The notes under the pieces were generated by a model. That model was not told the origin of the DNA. It made no database searches and was given only the letters and a program-made list of their open reading frames with translations. From positions 32,001-96,000 of IMG/VR virus record IMGVR_UViG_3300032307_000731: DNA of 64,000 nucleotides, one strand, 5' to 3'. This DNA comes from a virus. This document shows positions 1 through 9,618 of the stretch, in pieces. Made by a program: the position numbers and the translations under genes. Position 1 is the stretch's first letter. Each line of letters starts with the position of its first letter.

Positions 1-612
1 AATTGTTTGTCTTAATGTTGTTTTTTCGGAGTCGGTTAATTTATTACCTGTTTCAGATTCAATTGCAGAATATATTCGTTTAAACGCTTCTGCTGATTTA
101 GATAAATCAAATCCTCCTTCACCATATTTTTGTGTAAATTCATTTGTTAATGAATCAATAGTTCTATCAATAATGGTGTCAGTATTTGTTTGTTGGAATT
201 GTTGAGGTATAATAGAAGGTGTTGGTGGAGTGGCAAAGTTTGCAACTATTTCAACAGAAACCATACTTTTATCTCCATTAGGATTAAACCCAGGTCTTAT
301 TTCTGTAAAAACGTCTGATGTGGGTAGAAAAGTGAATGTTTTATCTAATCTAAAAAGTCTCCATCCTGGTAATGGTTGTGAACCAATTGTTGCGGTGTGA
401 GATGCCCCCTCTCTTTCCCAAGCACGAACAACACGATTACCGGCTTTACTAACTCCGACACAAACCGGCTCTATAAGTCTTTGACCTTTACCACCCGGTT
501 CATCACCATCGTAACTAGTACCCATTACTCGTTTGTTCTTGATTGCGTCAATAACACTTTCAATAGATGCTATTTCTAATATTAAACTTTTAAGAGAGCT
601 TTGTAATTTCAT
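1..612 (-). CDS. WYL-like domain protein, 3' end truncated by the window edge (not in ORF track)
   Basis: Open frame from ATG at 612 (overlaps the upstream TAA as TAATG): MKLQSSLKSLILEIASIESVIDAIKNKRVMGTSYDGDEPGGKGQRLIEPVCVG...VRAWEREG...GWRLFRLDK. The R.IEP and WRLFRLD motifs are WYL-type. Confidence 0.75.
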   Translation of the reverse strand, partial: MKLQSSLKSLILEIASIESVIDAIKNKRVMGTSYDGDEPGGKGQRLIEPVCVGVSKAGNRVVRAWEREGASHTATIGSQPLPGWRLFRLDKTFTFLPTSDVFTEIRPGFNPNGDKSMVSVEIVANFATPPTPSIIPQQFQQTNTDTIIDRTIDSLTNEFTQKYGEGGFDLSKSAEAFKRIYSAIESETGNKLTDSEKTTLRQTI

Positions 613-911
613 TATAGTTGAAAGTTCGGGTAAGTGTTAGAAGAATTAAATTTATTTATTTTAATTTCATTTTTTCTTTCAACAATATCTGTTGATGTTC
701 CTGCGTTTACATTATAAACATCAAGAAATGAACCTGTACCTCTACCCATAGAATCTCCATCCGCAACCGCATCTCTATTCACAGAAGAATATTCATTACC
801 TGCTGCGTTATAATCATTCTTAGGTATTAATTTCGCTCTTTCCATATCAGCAATTGCTGTAAGAGAGTTTTCAACATTTTGGGATAAATCCACAGTAATT
901 TCGTTTGCCAT
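612..911 (-). CDS. hypothetical protein, possible virion protein
   Basis: 99 aa ORF tightly packed in a minus-strand operon. Confidence 0.7.
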   Translation of the reverse strand: MANEITVDLSQNVENSLTAIADMERAKLIPKNDYNAAGNEYSSVNRDAVADGDSMGRGTGSFLDVYNVNAGTSTDIVERKNEIKINKFNSSNTYPNFQL

Positions 912-913
912 AA

Positions 914-1390
914 TTATAATTTTGTCATTATTTCATTTATTCTTCGTAAACTTTCAGTAACTGCCTCATCATATCGTTCAACAGTTTTAGAATGTTCTTG
1001 AGATTTTCTTACGTTTGTAAAATCTTTTTTCTCGTGAGAGTCAATGTAAGAATTTTGCATTCCAGTATCCATTTTATTTCGTTTGGTTAAATCTCCAAAC
1101 TCTCTCATTTTTCTTAACTCATCGTTAACCCAATTTTTTATTTCAACACCACCATTTAAAATAAATGAAGGTTCAGTTTGTTTCCCTTTAAAATTGTCAA
1201 AAAAGTTTTTAATTCTTTTTAATTGTTTGTAATCAATATATGTTTTAGTTTGTAATTCTTTGTTTCTGTTAAACCCCTCAGTATTTTCATCGGCACCTTT
1301 AACCATATGAAAAGATTTTTTCATATGTTCCCTTTTATCTTTTGGGAATTCAATTTCTCCTTTGGGTGAATTATATAAATCTTTATTCAC
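914..1390 (-). CDS. hypothetical protein, possibly head-associated
   Basis: 158 aa ORF; C-terminal VTESLRRINEIM motif. Confidence 0.7.
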   Translation of the reverse strand: MNKDLYNSPKGEIEFPKDKREHMKKSFHMVKGADENTEGFNRNKELQTKTYIDYKQLKRIKNFFDNFKGKQTEPSFILNGGVEIKNWVNDELRKMREFGDLTKRNKMDTGMQNSYIDSHEKKDFTNVRKSQEHSKTVERYDEAVTESLRRINEIMTKL

Positions 1391-2189
1391 TTTTTAACAT
1401 TTTGATTAATTCTGATATTGAAATTCCTTCTTTATCTGCTTGTCTTTTTAATACAGATAAGTTTCTTTTTAACATTCTTGACACTTCAATATCTTTTTTA
1501 TTTATATCAGAAGAATCTGAATTTTTCTTTTTTGTTAACATATCTTCAACAACTTTAATTGCTTTTTGTTTTTGTATTTCAGATAATGTTTCTCTTGAAA
1601 TAAAATTAGGGTCATCATAGTATTCTGACTTCTTATCTTTTTTTCCTGTCCAATCTTTTCCTTGTTCCTTTGTTCTTTCTTTTGCCTCATCTTCATCCAT
1701 ACCTAATTCTTCAATATAATATTTATAAGTTTCAGGTCCATCCATGTCTTTAGTTTCTTTATTTCCAAAAGTTTTTGACAAATTAGTTTCTTTCATTTCA
1801 CTTTCACCAAAATAAGTTCTATAACCACGAGAAATTGGGTCGTTTGTGATTCTTGAAGCGGGAACAATTTGGTCCATTGTTTTTTCTGACCCAACTCTTG
1901 GGTCAAGGATTGGAATTGCCGAATTTGACATTGCTCCATCTGCGTTTACTAATTCTTCCAAATCAGTTTTAAGTGTTTTGGTTGATTTCTTTTTTTTGTC
2001 TTTTACGGTTTTTTCCAAATAATTTTTAACTTTCTTTCCTTTCTTTTTATCAAAGTGAATAACCTCGTCTTTTTTACGGGCTTCAGTTAAAGTTTCCTCT
2101 ACGGAGAAATATAAGGAATATTTATCCCCTTTATCTCTAATAAGAAAATAATAAGGTGATGAATAAAATTCTGTGTCTACGCTAATCAT
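1383..2189 (-). CDS. hypothetical highly charged (K/E/D) protein
   Basis: 268 aa ORF, preceded by TATTTATA on the minus strand (2204-2211). Confidence 0.75.
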   Translation of the reverse strand: MISVDTEFYSSPYYFLIRDKGDKYSLYFSVEETLTEARKKDEVIHFDKKKGKKVKNYLEKTVKDKKKKSTKTLKTDLEELVNADGAMSNSAIPILDPRVGSEKTMDQIVPASRITNDPISRGYRTYFGESEMKETNLSKTFGNKETKDMDGPETYKYYIEELGMDEDEAKERTKEQGKDWTGKKDKKSEYYDDPNFISRETLSEIQKQKAIKVVEDMLTKKKNSDSSDINKKDIEVSRMLKRNLSVLKRQADKEGISISELIKMLKSE

Positions 2190-2203
2190 CTATTCTTTTT
2201 AAT

Positions 2204-2231
2204 TATAAATACTATGAAACAAGGTATTTAT
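2204..2231. promoter_or_regulatory. back-to-back divergent TATTTAT putative late promoters
   Basis: TATTTATA on minus (2204-2211) and TATTTAT on plus (2225-2231), each just upstream of an ATG. Confidence 0.6.
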
Positions 2232-2240
2232 CAATTGTAT

Positions 2241-4340
2241 ATGGCATATCAAAACATTAATCAGTATAATTTTAGACGATGGGGTCTAAAACCGGCGAAT
2301 GAAATCACGGACATTTGTCTTGCTTCAGACGAAAAAGACTACGACCAAGAGGTTGTATTTTCACCTTTACTAATTGGGGAATTGGATGGTAATAGAATGC
2401 CATTTAAATTTGATTTTAATAGTAGTGGCACCACATTATGCCCAACAAGTGCTTGTACTTTTGATTATGACACTATCGTATCTGAAAATTATTGGAACCC
2501 TGATGATATTGACCCAAACTTTTGTCCAATCATAACTGATTTATGTGATGTTGGATTAACAGGGATTGATAATGGACTTGTTAAAAAAATGTCCGGAGAA
2601 ACAATTCAAATTAATACAGGTTTATATCTTACCCAATCCGATAAATTTAGTAGATACAAATATGATAGAAGGATGAAGATGCACCCAATTACCGGGTTCA
2701 CCACATCTGAAAATAGATTATGGGATGATAATTCATATAACTACGATTTAAATTATGTAAATGCCGGTGGTGACATTGGTTATGTTGCAAGATTAGACGG
2801 AGGATTCTTCCAAGGATTTTATAAAATACCGGGTTATGATTATCAAGTATTTCCACAAAGACCTAATTTAGGGTGGACTGCTGAATTTATGTTAAAATAT
2901 CGATGGACCGGTGATACTTCAGTTGGTCTTAATGTTCGATATCCTGAAAATAAAGGAACATTCTTTTATATGGGTGCCAGAGCGGAAAACAAATTTTATC
3001 ATTACGCTGACGGTTCTCCAAAACAAGATACAGGATATACCCGAGTAACATCAGGTTTAACTTGTATGAACACTTGTGCTTGTAATCTATTAGGTAGTAA
3101 CTCTAACGATTGTCTACCGGTTTATCAACCATCAGGTGGTACATCATACAATTGTAGTTGTGGGTGCCCTTGTAATTGTGATGTTACAGTACAATATCCG
3201 GAAACTGACCCATTATATGATGGGGTTTCAAATGCATTATCATTGAGATTAAGTGGTGACACCGGAAGTCCAAGATTATGTGTAAAAACATATAGAATCA
3301 CCGGAGGATGTGAAACAACAGGAACTTGTTTAACTGGAGTGACTTATACAACAGGAACATCCGTAACAGAATGGTGTTCAACAAGAGGAATTTTTGATGA
3401 TTGTAGTGGTACCACTTATACTAATGTTGAACATTGGGTTCAAATAGATGCCGTATTTCAACGAAATGAATGGTTTGATGCTTGTGATTTAAGTTTAAAA
3501 GGTGGGTTAGGTTTAATCACCAAAGAGGTGTATACTGCAACTACCGCAAATAATAGTATTAGTTTAATTGAACCACCTCTTACTCATGAACCGGATTATG
3601 ACCCGGCAACTACTGAAGTGGTAACATTTAATGACGCTTGGACTGCTGAAGAAAAATATCGTTTAGGTACTTTAAAATTCTATGTTAATGGTAAATTGTT
3701 TTTAGTTGCCGAGGATTTTGAAGAAATTATACCAAGATTACTTAATACCCCAAAAGAAAAACAAATTGGGGTTGGGTATAATATTTCATTAGGTGGTGGG
3801 ACACAAGGACTTCATGATAACTTAACATTTTCGGGAGGTTGTCCTGAAACAATAGATGACATTGTTTATCAACAAGACCCTGAGTGTTTAACAACTCACG
3901 ATTTAGACAATACAATTTATTCAGGTCTAACGACTCATATTAAATTGGAAGAATATTTTGGGGGTAGTTTGATTGGTGATATTAGTACATTTAGAATGTA
4001 CACTGAACCATTAAATGCATCTCAAATAAAACATAATTTTAATTTATTAAAATTTAAGTATGATTTATTAAATCCGGATTGTAAGGATTGTAGAATTGTA
4101 ATTCCAAGTAATGACCTAACTTACATTTTTATTCCGGATAATGATTTGTATTACATTTCTATACCAAGTAATGATTTATCTTATATTAATATACCTAACA
4201 ATAATTTATATTATGAATTAATTGAACCAACTCCAACACCTACCCCAACACCTACTCAAGTACCTTTAATTAACCCAATATTAATTAGTTCTAACATATA
4301 TCTTAAGGTTAGAATCGATGAATACTTACAATATAATTGA
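2241..4340 (+). CDS. LamG/concanavalin A-like, Cys-rich putative virion protein
   Basis: LamG-like strands (WTAEFMLK, LKFYVNGKL, GDISTFRMYTEPLNASQIKHNF), many Cys, 10-aa IPxNDLxYIx repeats and a PTPTPT tract. Start set at 2241 rather than 2214 because the TATTTAT motif is at 2225-2231. Confidence 0.7.
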   Translation: MAYQNINQYNFRRWGLKPANEITDICLASDEKDYDQEVVFSPLLIGELDGNRMPFKFDFNSSGTTLCPTSACTFDYDTIVSENYWNPDDIDPNFCPIITDLCDVGLTGIDNGLVKKMSGETIQINTGLYLTQSDKFSRYKYDRRMKMHPITGFTTSENRLWDDNSYNYDLNYVNAGGDIGYVARLDGGFFQGFYKIPGYDYQVFPQRPNLGWTAEFMLKYRWTGDTSVGLNVRYPENKGTFFYMGARAENKFYHYADGSPKQDTGYTRVTSGLTCMNTCACNLLGSNSNDCLPVYQPSGGTSYNCSCGCPCNCDVTVQYPETDPLYDGVSNALSLRLSGDTGSPRLCVKTYRITGGCETTGTCLTGVTYTTGTSVTEWCSTRGIFDDCSGTTYTNVEHWVQIDAVFQRNEWFDACDLSLKGGLGLITKEVYTATTANNSISLIEPPLTHEPDYDPATTEVVTFNDAWTAEEKYRLGTLKFYVNGKLFLVAEDFEEIIPRLLNTPKEKQIGVGYNISLGGGTQGLHDNLTFSGGCPETIDDIVYQQDPECLTTHDLDNTIYSGLTTHIKLEEYFGGSLIGDISTFRMYTEPLNASQIKHNFNLLKFKYDLLNPDCKDCRIVIPSNDLTYIFIPDNDLYYISIPSNDLSYINIPNNNLYYELIEPTPTPTPTPTQVPLINPILISSNIYLKVRIDEYLQYN

Positions 4341-4373
4341 AAATTATTTTCAAAATAAAAAAAATAAAATATT

Positions 4374-4955
4374 ATGATGACAGGAAAAACAATTAACGAA
4401 TTACCGGAAATTTTTGAAATAACTCAAGATGCGGAATTTGTGGTAGAACAATTAGATACAACTTACAAAATTAAAACTTTAAACATTACTTCAGGTTTTG
4501 CTAAAGGTTCTTTTTACTCAACTGAAACACAATCAATAACAGGGACAACTGAACAACCCTACCTAATGTATACAGAAGTTACAGATTTTGCTCAAGGGAT
4601 TTCAGTAGTTGACAATACTAAGTTTACTGTTGAATCGGGTGGGACCTATAATTTAATTTTTAGTGTTCAAATGGATAAATCCTCTTATGGTTCACCATCT
4701 CTTATTTCTATATGGATTAGAATAAATGGGGAAGATATTGAGTGGAGTGCAGGTGAGGTGATTACACCACCAACGGTTGTAGGGGCTAGAATTATTTTAG
4801 GTTGGAATTATCTTTATACATTGAACGCTGGTGATTATATGGAATTAGTTTGGTATTCAAATAATGCTGCTACTATAATCGAAGCTACCCCAAGAAACGA
4901 AGAACTTGGAATTCCTGCGGTACCATCAGTTGCGGTAACTATAACACAAGTATAA
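4374..4955 (+). CDS. C1q/BclA-C-like (TNF-fold) putative fibre or spike head protein
   Basis: FTVESGGTYNLIFSVQ...IWIRINGEDI...LNAGDYMELVW pattern. Confidence 0.55.
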   Translation: MMTGKTINELPEIFEITQDAEFVVEQLDTTYKIKTLNITSGFAKGSFYSTETQSITGTTEQPYLMYTEVTDFAQGISVVDNTKFTVESGGTYNLIFSVQMDKSSYGSPSLISIWIRINGEDIEWSAGEVITPPTVVGARIILGWNYLYTLNAGDYMELVWYSNNAATIIEATPRNEELGIPAVPSVAVTITQV

Positions 4956-4957
4956 TA

Positions 4958-5524
4958 ATGCCAAATTGTTATCAATATCAAATAACCAATTATAATAATA
5001 TTCAAGAAGGATATTATAGATGGACAGGTTGTACAGGAATTGTAAGTGTTTCACAAGTAAATCCTTTACAGACCGATTATGTTTGTGCTGATGAATTAGT
5101 TCAAGAAGAATATGGAGCTCCTTTAACAATAAATAATATTGGATTATGTCCATCGAACACACCAACACCTTCAATAACCCCATCGGTAACTCCTACTGTG
5201 AGTTTAACACCAACTCCGGTTACTCAAACCCCAACACCAACTAATACCGCAACACCATCAAATACGCCTCAACCAATATATGTTCAAAATTTAAGAACAG
5301 GTGGTTGGTATCAAAATGTCTGTGAATCGGTAAATTCATTTGCAAATCCTGCAAATGTCACAATATATTCAACAAAACCTTTCGGTCAACTTAATGTAGG
5401 TGACCATGTTTATGGTAATAGAATATTAACAATACCTCCGGTTAATGCTAGTTTTACAATATCGGATGGTGCAAAATTTATACAAATATCAGGAACATTA
5501 ATCATAAATGAAGGTGTTTGTTAA
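4958..5524 (+). CDS. Thr/Pro-repeat (mucin-like) putative virion protein
   Basis: Cys-containing N and C domains flanking a TPTPSITPSVTPT...TPSNTP linker. Confidence 0.75.
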   Translation: MPNCYQYQITNYNNIQEGYYRWTGCTGIVSVSQVNPLQTDYVCADELVQEEYGAPLTINNIGLCPSNTPTPSITPSVTPTVSLTPTPVTQTPTPTNTATPSNTPQPIYVQNLRTGGWYQNVCESVNSFANPANVTIYSTKPFGQLNVGDHVYGNRILTIPPVNASFTISDGAKFIQISGTLIINEGVC

Positions 5525-5562
5525 AAAAAAAATAAAATAAGAAAAATTGAGTATTTATTAGT

Positions 5563-7572
5563 ATGGCAATCGGAATAAGAATTTTAAGTGATAATTTAAG
5601 TGGTTTAACCACAAATGTAACATTTTTACCTCAATCAGGTGGAACAATCAGTCTTGGGACCCAAGTATTCCCATTTAATTATATTTCAGACTATGTTTAT
5701 GGAACATACAATTGTTATGTGCCAACATATGGATACACTTATAGTTTAGATGTTTTAGGTCCGACTCCAACACCGACTACTACGATAACTCCAACAAATA
5801 CAAGTACTCCAACTCAAACTCCAACAAATACAAGTACTCCAACTCAAACTCCAACAAATACAAGTACTCCAACTCAAACTCCAACAAATACAAGTACTCC
5901 AACTCAAACTCCAACTTCAACAACTATTGCTAGATATATCTTTAGTATATGTCATGATGAATCAGATGTGGACAATGTTTGTAATTGTCCCGCTAATGCA
6001 ACTGTATGGACTAATAATCCCGTATTTAGTGCAAGTACGTTAATATGGTCAGACGCTTCAGGTCCTAACACAGGAAATCCTGAAGGGTGGTATGCAACTG
6101 ATAGTTTTATTTATTTTGCAAGTACTGAATGTGGACCGGGATGTACAAGTGGTGCAACACTAACTCTTGTTGGTCCATGTAGTGTTACTCCAACACCAAC
6201 TCCAACAAATACAGGAACACCAACACCAACTCCAACACAAACTCAAATTCAAATTTTGGTAACATACCTTATTGCACCTTGTTTGGGTGGTACGGCTTTA
6301 AATGTTGACTTTAATAGTGTATCTCTTCCTGTAATTGGAGGAAATTATTATTTAACATTCTCAGGAGAAACATCAGATGGGTGTTATGAAATTGTTAATA
6401 CTGAGGCCCCGGGAACTGGTTCTGATTATGTATCATCATTATCGATAGATTATGATAATTGTTCGACTTGTTTAAGTGTTGTGACAACACCTACTCCAAC
6501 ACCAACTAATACATCAACTAATACACAGACGCCAACTAATACACCTACTAATACATCAACACCTATTGTAAGTTCAACGCCAACAACAACACCGACTAAT
6601 ACAGAAACTCCAACTAATACACCGACTAATACTCCGACAAATACGGAAACTCCAACTAACACACCAACTAACACAGAAACTCCAACTAACACACCGACAA
6701 ATACGGAAACTCCAACTAATACACCAACTAACACAGAAACTCCAACTAACACACCGACAAATACGGAAACCCCAACTAATACACCAACTAATACAGGAAC
6801 ACCTGCGGAAACACCAACAAACACACCAACTAACACCGAAACTCCAACTAATACACCAACAAATACACCAACTCAAACTCAAACAGGTACCCCAACAAAT
6901 ACTCCAACAAATACACCAACTCAAACACCAACTCAAACTCAAACTCAAACTCAAACAGGTACACCAACAAATACTCCAACTAATACTCCAACTAATACAC
7001 CGACAAATACACAAACACCTACTCAAACTTCTACACCTACATCAACATTTGCATGGTATACGTATAGTTTAGGGACAGGTGCAACTTCTAATGATGCGTG
7101 TAATGCAATACCACAAACAATCTACGGAACAATTGAAGGTGGTGTAGGTCCAAACGTGGGTGAATATTTATACGAAACCGAAGGAAGACCTCTTACAGAT
7201 GCAGTGCCTGATGGATATTATTCTGACGGAACCTCATCGTATCGAGTTACAGGTGGTTTTGGACAAATTACTTCATCAGACCCATTAGGTTGTGCTGGTT
7301 TAATTACTCAAACTCCAACCTCAAGTCCAACACCAACACAGACAACACCTCTAACTCTTTACTATGACACACTACCTAATTGTGGTGCAACTAATCCATT
7401 TAATAATGTTATTTTAGATAATGACTTTTGTTCTGCAACAACAATAACATCAACAACAGTATTGCCTGATGGAACTTATTGGATAGTTGATAGTCTTCTT
7501 TCAGGTAGAAGAGATATTATTGCAAGTTCGGGTACATACACATTTAATGGTGGTTGTGTGGGTTGTGCATAA
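5563..7572 (+). CDS. Thr/Pro-repeat (mucin-like) multidomain putative virion fibre protein
   Basis: 669 aa with a long TPTNT(E)TP tract and Cys-paired globular modules; no signal peptide; TATTTAT upstream. Confidence 0.85.
   Translation: MAIGIRILSDNLSGLTTNVTFLPQSGGTISLGTQVFPFNYISDYVYGTYNCYVPTYGYTYSLDVLGPTPTPTTTITPTNTSTPTQTPTNTSTPTQTPTNTSTPTQTPTNTSTPTQTPTSTTIARYIFSICHDESDVDNVCNCPANATVWTNNPVFSASTLIWSDASGPNTGNPEGWYATDSFIYFASTECGPGCTSGATLTLVGPCSVTPTPTPTNTGTPTPTPTQTQIQILVTYLIAPCLGGTALNVDFNSVSLPVIGGNYYLTFSGETSDGCYEIVNTEAPGTGSDYVSSLSIDYDNCSTCLSVVTTPTPTPTNTSTNTQTPTNTPTNTSTPIVSSTPTTTPTNTETPTNTPTNTPTNTETPTNTPTNTETPTNTPTNTETPTNTPTNTETPTNTPTNTETPTNTPTNTGTPAETPTNTPTNTETPTNTPTNTPTQTQTGTPTNTPTNTPTQTPTQTQTQTQTGTPTNTPTNTPTNTPTNTQTPTQTSTPTSTFAWYTYSLGTGATSNDACNAIPQTIYGTIEGGVGPNVGEYLYETEGRPLTDAVPDGYYSDGTSSYRVTGGFGQITSSDPLGCAGLITQTPTSSPTPTQTTPLTLYYDTLPNCGATNPFNNVILDNDFCSATTITSTTVLPDGTYWIVDSLLSGRRDIIASSGTYTFNGGCVGCA
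5788..5915 (+). repeat. perfect 30-bp tandem repeat x4 (encodes [10 protein letters not shown])
   Basis: ccaacaaatacaagtactccaactcaaact at 5791, 5821, 5851, 5881. Confidence 0.95.
6484..7045 (+). repeat. degenerate tandem repeat tract encoding [12 protein letters not shown] units
   Basis: Near-identical 30/60-bp units around 6590-6860. Confidence 0.9.
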
Positions 7573-7638
7573 AATTATTTTAACATAAAAACATAAAATC
7601 AATACTATCATAGTATTTATATATAAAACAGAAATAAG

Positions 7639-9543
7639 ATGGCATGTAGTAAATATACTTTAACAAATACAGGTTCTACAATAGTGAACTTTAACTATAG
7701 AAGATGTGATGATTCTCTATGGCAATATCAAGTTGAATTAATTCCAAATCAAACTAAAAATATTTGGTTACTTAATAATACTTATTCAATTGCACCTTCA
7801 TTTAGAAATAGTGTTGTATTGGTAAACCAAGGCGCATTTCCTCCGGTTACGGCTAGTAATACACCAACTCAGACCAATACACCAACTACCACTCAAACTC
7901 CAACACCAAGTAATACTGCCACAAATACGCCTACACCAACTCAAACTCAGACTCAAACTCAAACACAAACTCAGACTCAAACACAAACTCAGACTCCGAC
8001 AAATACGGAAACTCCAACTAATACTCCAACCCAAACTCAAACTCAGACTCCGACAAATACGGAAACTCCAACTAATACTCCAACACCAACAAATACAGAA
8101 ACTCCAACTAATACTCCAACACCAACTCAGACTCAAACTCCAACCACAACTTTTTTATATTTTATTTATAGTTTAGGTTTTGGAAATAATGCAAGTGATG
8201 CATGTAATGATTTTGCAGCATCACCTCAAACTGTTTATGGTCAAGTAGTTGACGGACCGGGTCCTAATGTTGGTGAATTCTTATATCAAACACCTGGTAA
8301 CCCATTAACTAATCCTGTTTCTGACGGATATTATTCTAATGGAACTGCTTGGTTTATTGTATCAGGAGGTTTAGGTGAAATTACACAATCAGACCCTAAT
8401 GGTTGTATTGGATTACCAACGGCAACGCCAACTAGTACTCCAACAAATACACCAACAAATACAGGAACACCGGCAGAAACTCCAACTAATACTCCAACAA
8501 ATACAGAAACTCCAACAGGAACACCAACTAACACTCCAACAGGAACACCAACTCAAACACCAACTCCAACTGCTAATAGATTTGCGTTTACAGTTTATTC
8601 AGGAACAACATCTGACGAGGCATGTGGATTATATTTCCCATCAATAACAATTTATGGTGAAGAACAGGTTTTTGATGATAATACAATACTTTATGATACA
8701 ATTGTTGGACCAAGTGTTGGAAACTTAACAGGATATTTCAATAATTCTCAAATTGTTGTTCAATTAAATAATGGTGTGGAAACAGGTGGTTATGTTGCTT
8801 GTCAAACCTTAACTCCAACACCTACACAAACTCAGACACAAACGCCTACACAAACATCTACTCAAACACCTACTCAAACATCTACTCAGACTCCAACTCC
8901 AACTCAAACTCCAACTCAAACAGGAACACCAACACAAACTCCAACACCAACAGGTAATAGATTTGCATTTACTGTTTATTCAGGAACAACATCTGACGAG
9001 GCATGTGGACTATATTTCCCATCAATAACAATTTATGGTGAAGATTCTTTATTTGATGAAAATACTATATTCTACAATACAATTGTTGGTCCAAGTACAT
9101 TAAACTTGACCGGATACTTTAATAATTCTCAAATAGTTGTTCAATTAAATAATGGTACACAAACAGGAGGTTTTTCATTATGTCAAACATTGACTCCAAC
9201 ACCGACACAAACATCAACTCAAACTCCTACACCAACAAATACACAAACTCCTACACAAACATCTACTCAAACACCAACTCCTACATCAACTTTCGCTTAT
9301 TATACATATAGTTTAGGAACGGGAGCAACGTCAGGAGCGGCGTGTATTGCAACACCACAAACAATTTATGGAACTGTTGCAGGAGGACCTGGCCCTAATA
9401 CGGGTGAGACATTATACTTAACCGCAGGTATCCCTCCAACTAATCCAGTACCTGATGGATGGTATTCTGACGGAACTAAAACTATTAACGTAACAGGTGG
9501 ATTAGGTGTAGTTTTCTCCGTAAATCCAACGGGATGTGCATAA
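7639..9543 (+). CDS. Thr/Pro/Gln-repeat (mucin-like) multidomain putative virion fibre protein
   Basis: 634 aa; four TP/TQ tracts separate duplicated ~80-aa modules; TATTTATA upstream. Confidence 0.85.
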   Translation: MACSKYTLTNTGSTIVNFNYRRCDDSLWQYQVELIPNQTKNIWLLNNTYSIAPSFRNSVVLVNQGAFPPVTASNTPTQTNTPTTTQTPTPSNTATNTPTPTQTQTQTQTQTQTQTQTQTPTNTETPTNTPTQTQTQTPTNTETPTNTPTPTNTETPTNTPTPTQTQTPTTTFLYFIYSLGFGNNASDACNDFAASPQTVYGQVVDGPGPNVGEFLYQTPGNPLTNPVSDGYYSNGTAWFIVSGGLGEITQSDPNGCIGLPTATPTSTPTNTPTNTGTPAETPTNTPTNTETPTGTPTNTPTGTPTQTPTPTANRFAFTVYSGTTSDEACGLYFPSITIYGEEQVFDDNTILYDTIVGPSVGNLTGYFNNSQIVVQLNNGVETGGYVACQTLTPTPTQTQTQTPTQTSTQTPTQTSTQTPTPTQTPTQTGTPTQTPTPTGNRFAFTVYSGTTSDEACGLYFPSITIYGEDSLFDENTIFYNTIVGPSTLNLTGYFNNSQIVVQLNNGTQTGGFSLCQTLTPTPTQTSTQTPTPTNTQTPTQTSTQTPTPTSTFAYYTYSLGTGATSGAACIATPQTIYGTVAGGPGPNTGETLYLTAGIPPTNPVPDGWYSDGTKTINVTGGLGVVFSVNPTGCA

Positions 9544-9565
9544 AAAAAATAAAATATATTTCAAT

Positions 9566-9594
9566 AAACCCTCGACTTATCTCGAGGGTTTTTT
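9566..9594 (+). terminator. Rho-independent terminator
   Basis: AAACCCTCGA-cttatc-TCGAGGGTTT followed by a T-run. Confidence 0.8.
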
Positions 9595-9618
9595 ATTTTT
9601 AAGACAAAAAGTAATATT

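Noticed and set aside
397-579. 60-aa plus-strand ORF and other short nested or antisense ORFs in the track
   Set aside because: They overlap longer, motif-bearing genes and have no recognisable features.
6450-8647. Val/Gly-rich and Cys/Trp/Ser-rich ORFs (6450-6836, 6574-7026, 7798-8136, 8331-8534, 8375-8647)
   Set aside because: Shadow frames created by the stop-poor Thr/Pro repeats of the real plus-strand genes.
8575-9190. Duplicated module as a diversity-generating retroelement TR/VR pair
   Set aside because: Both copies are in frame within one gene, differences are not adenine-specific, and no reverse transcriptase is in the window.
5788-9290. Tandem repeats as a possible CRISPR array
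   Set aside because: They are in-frame coding repeats with no unique spacers, and there are no cas genes.
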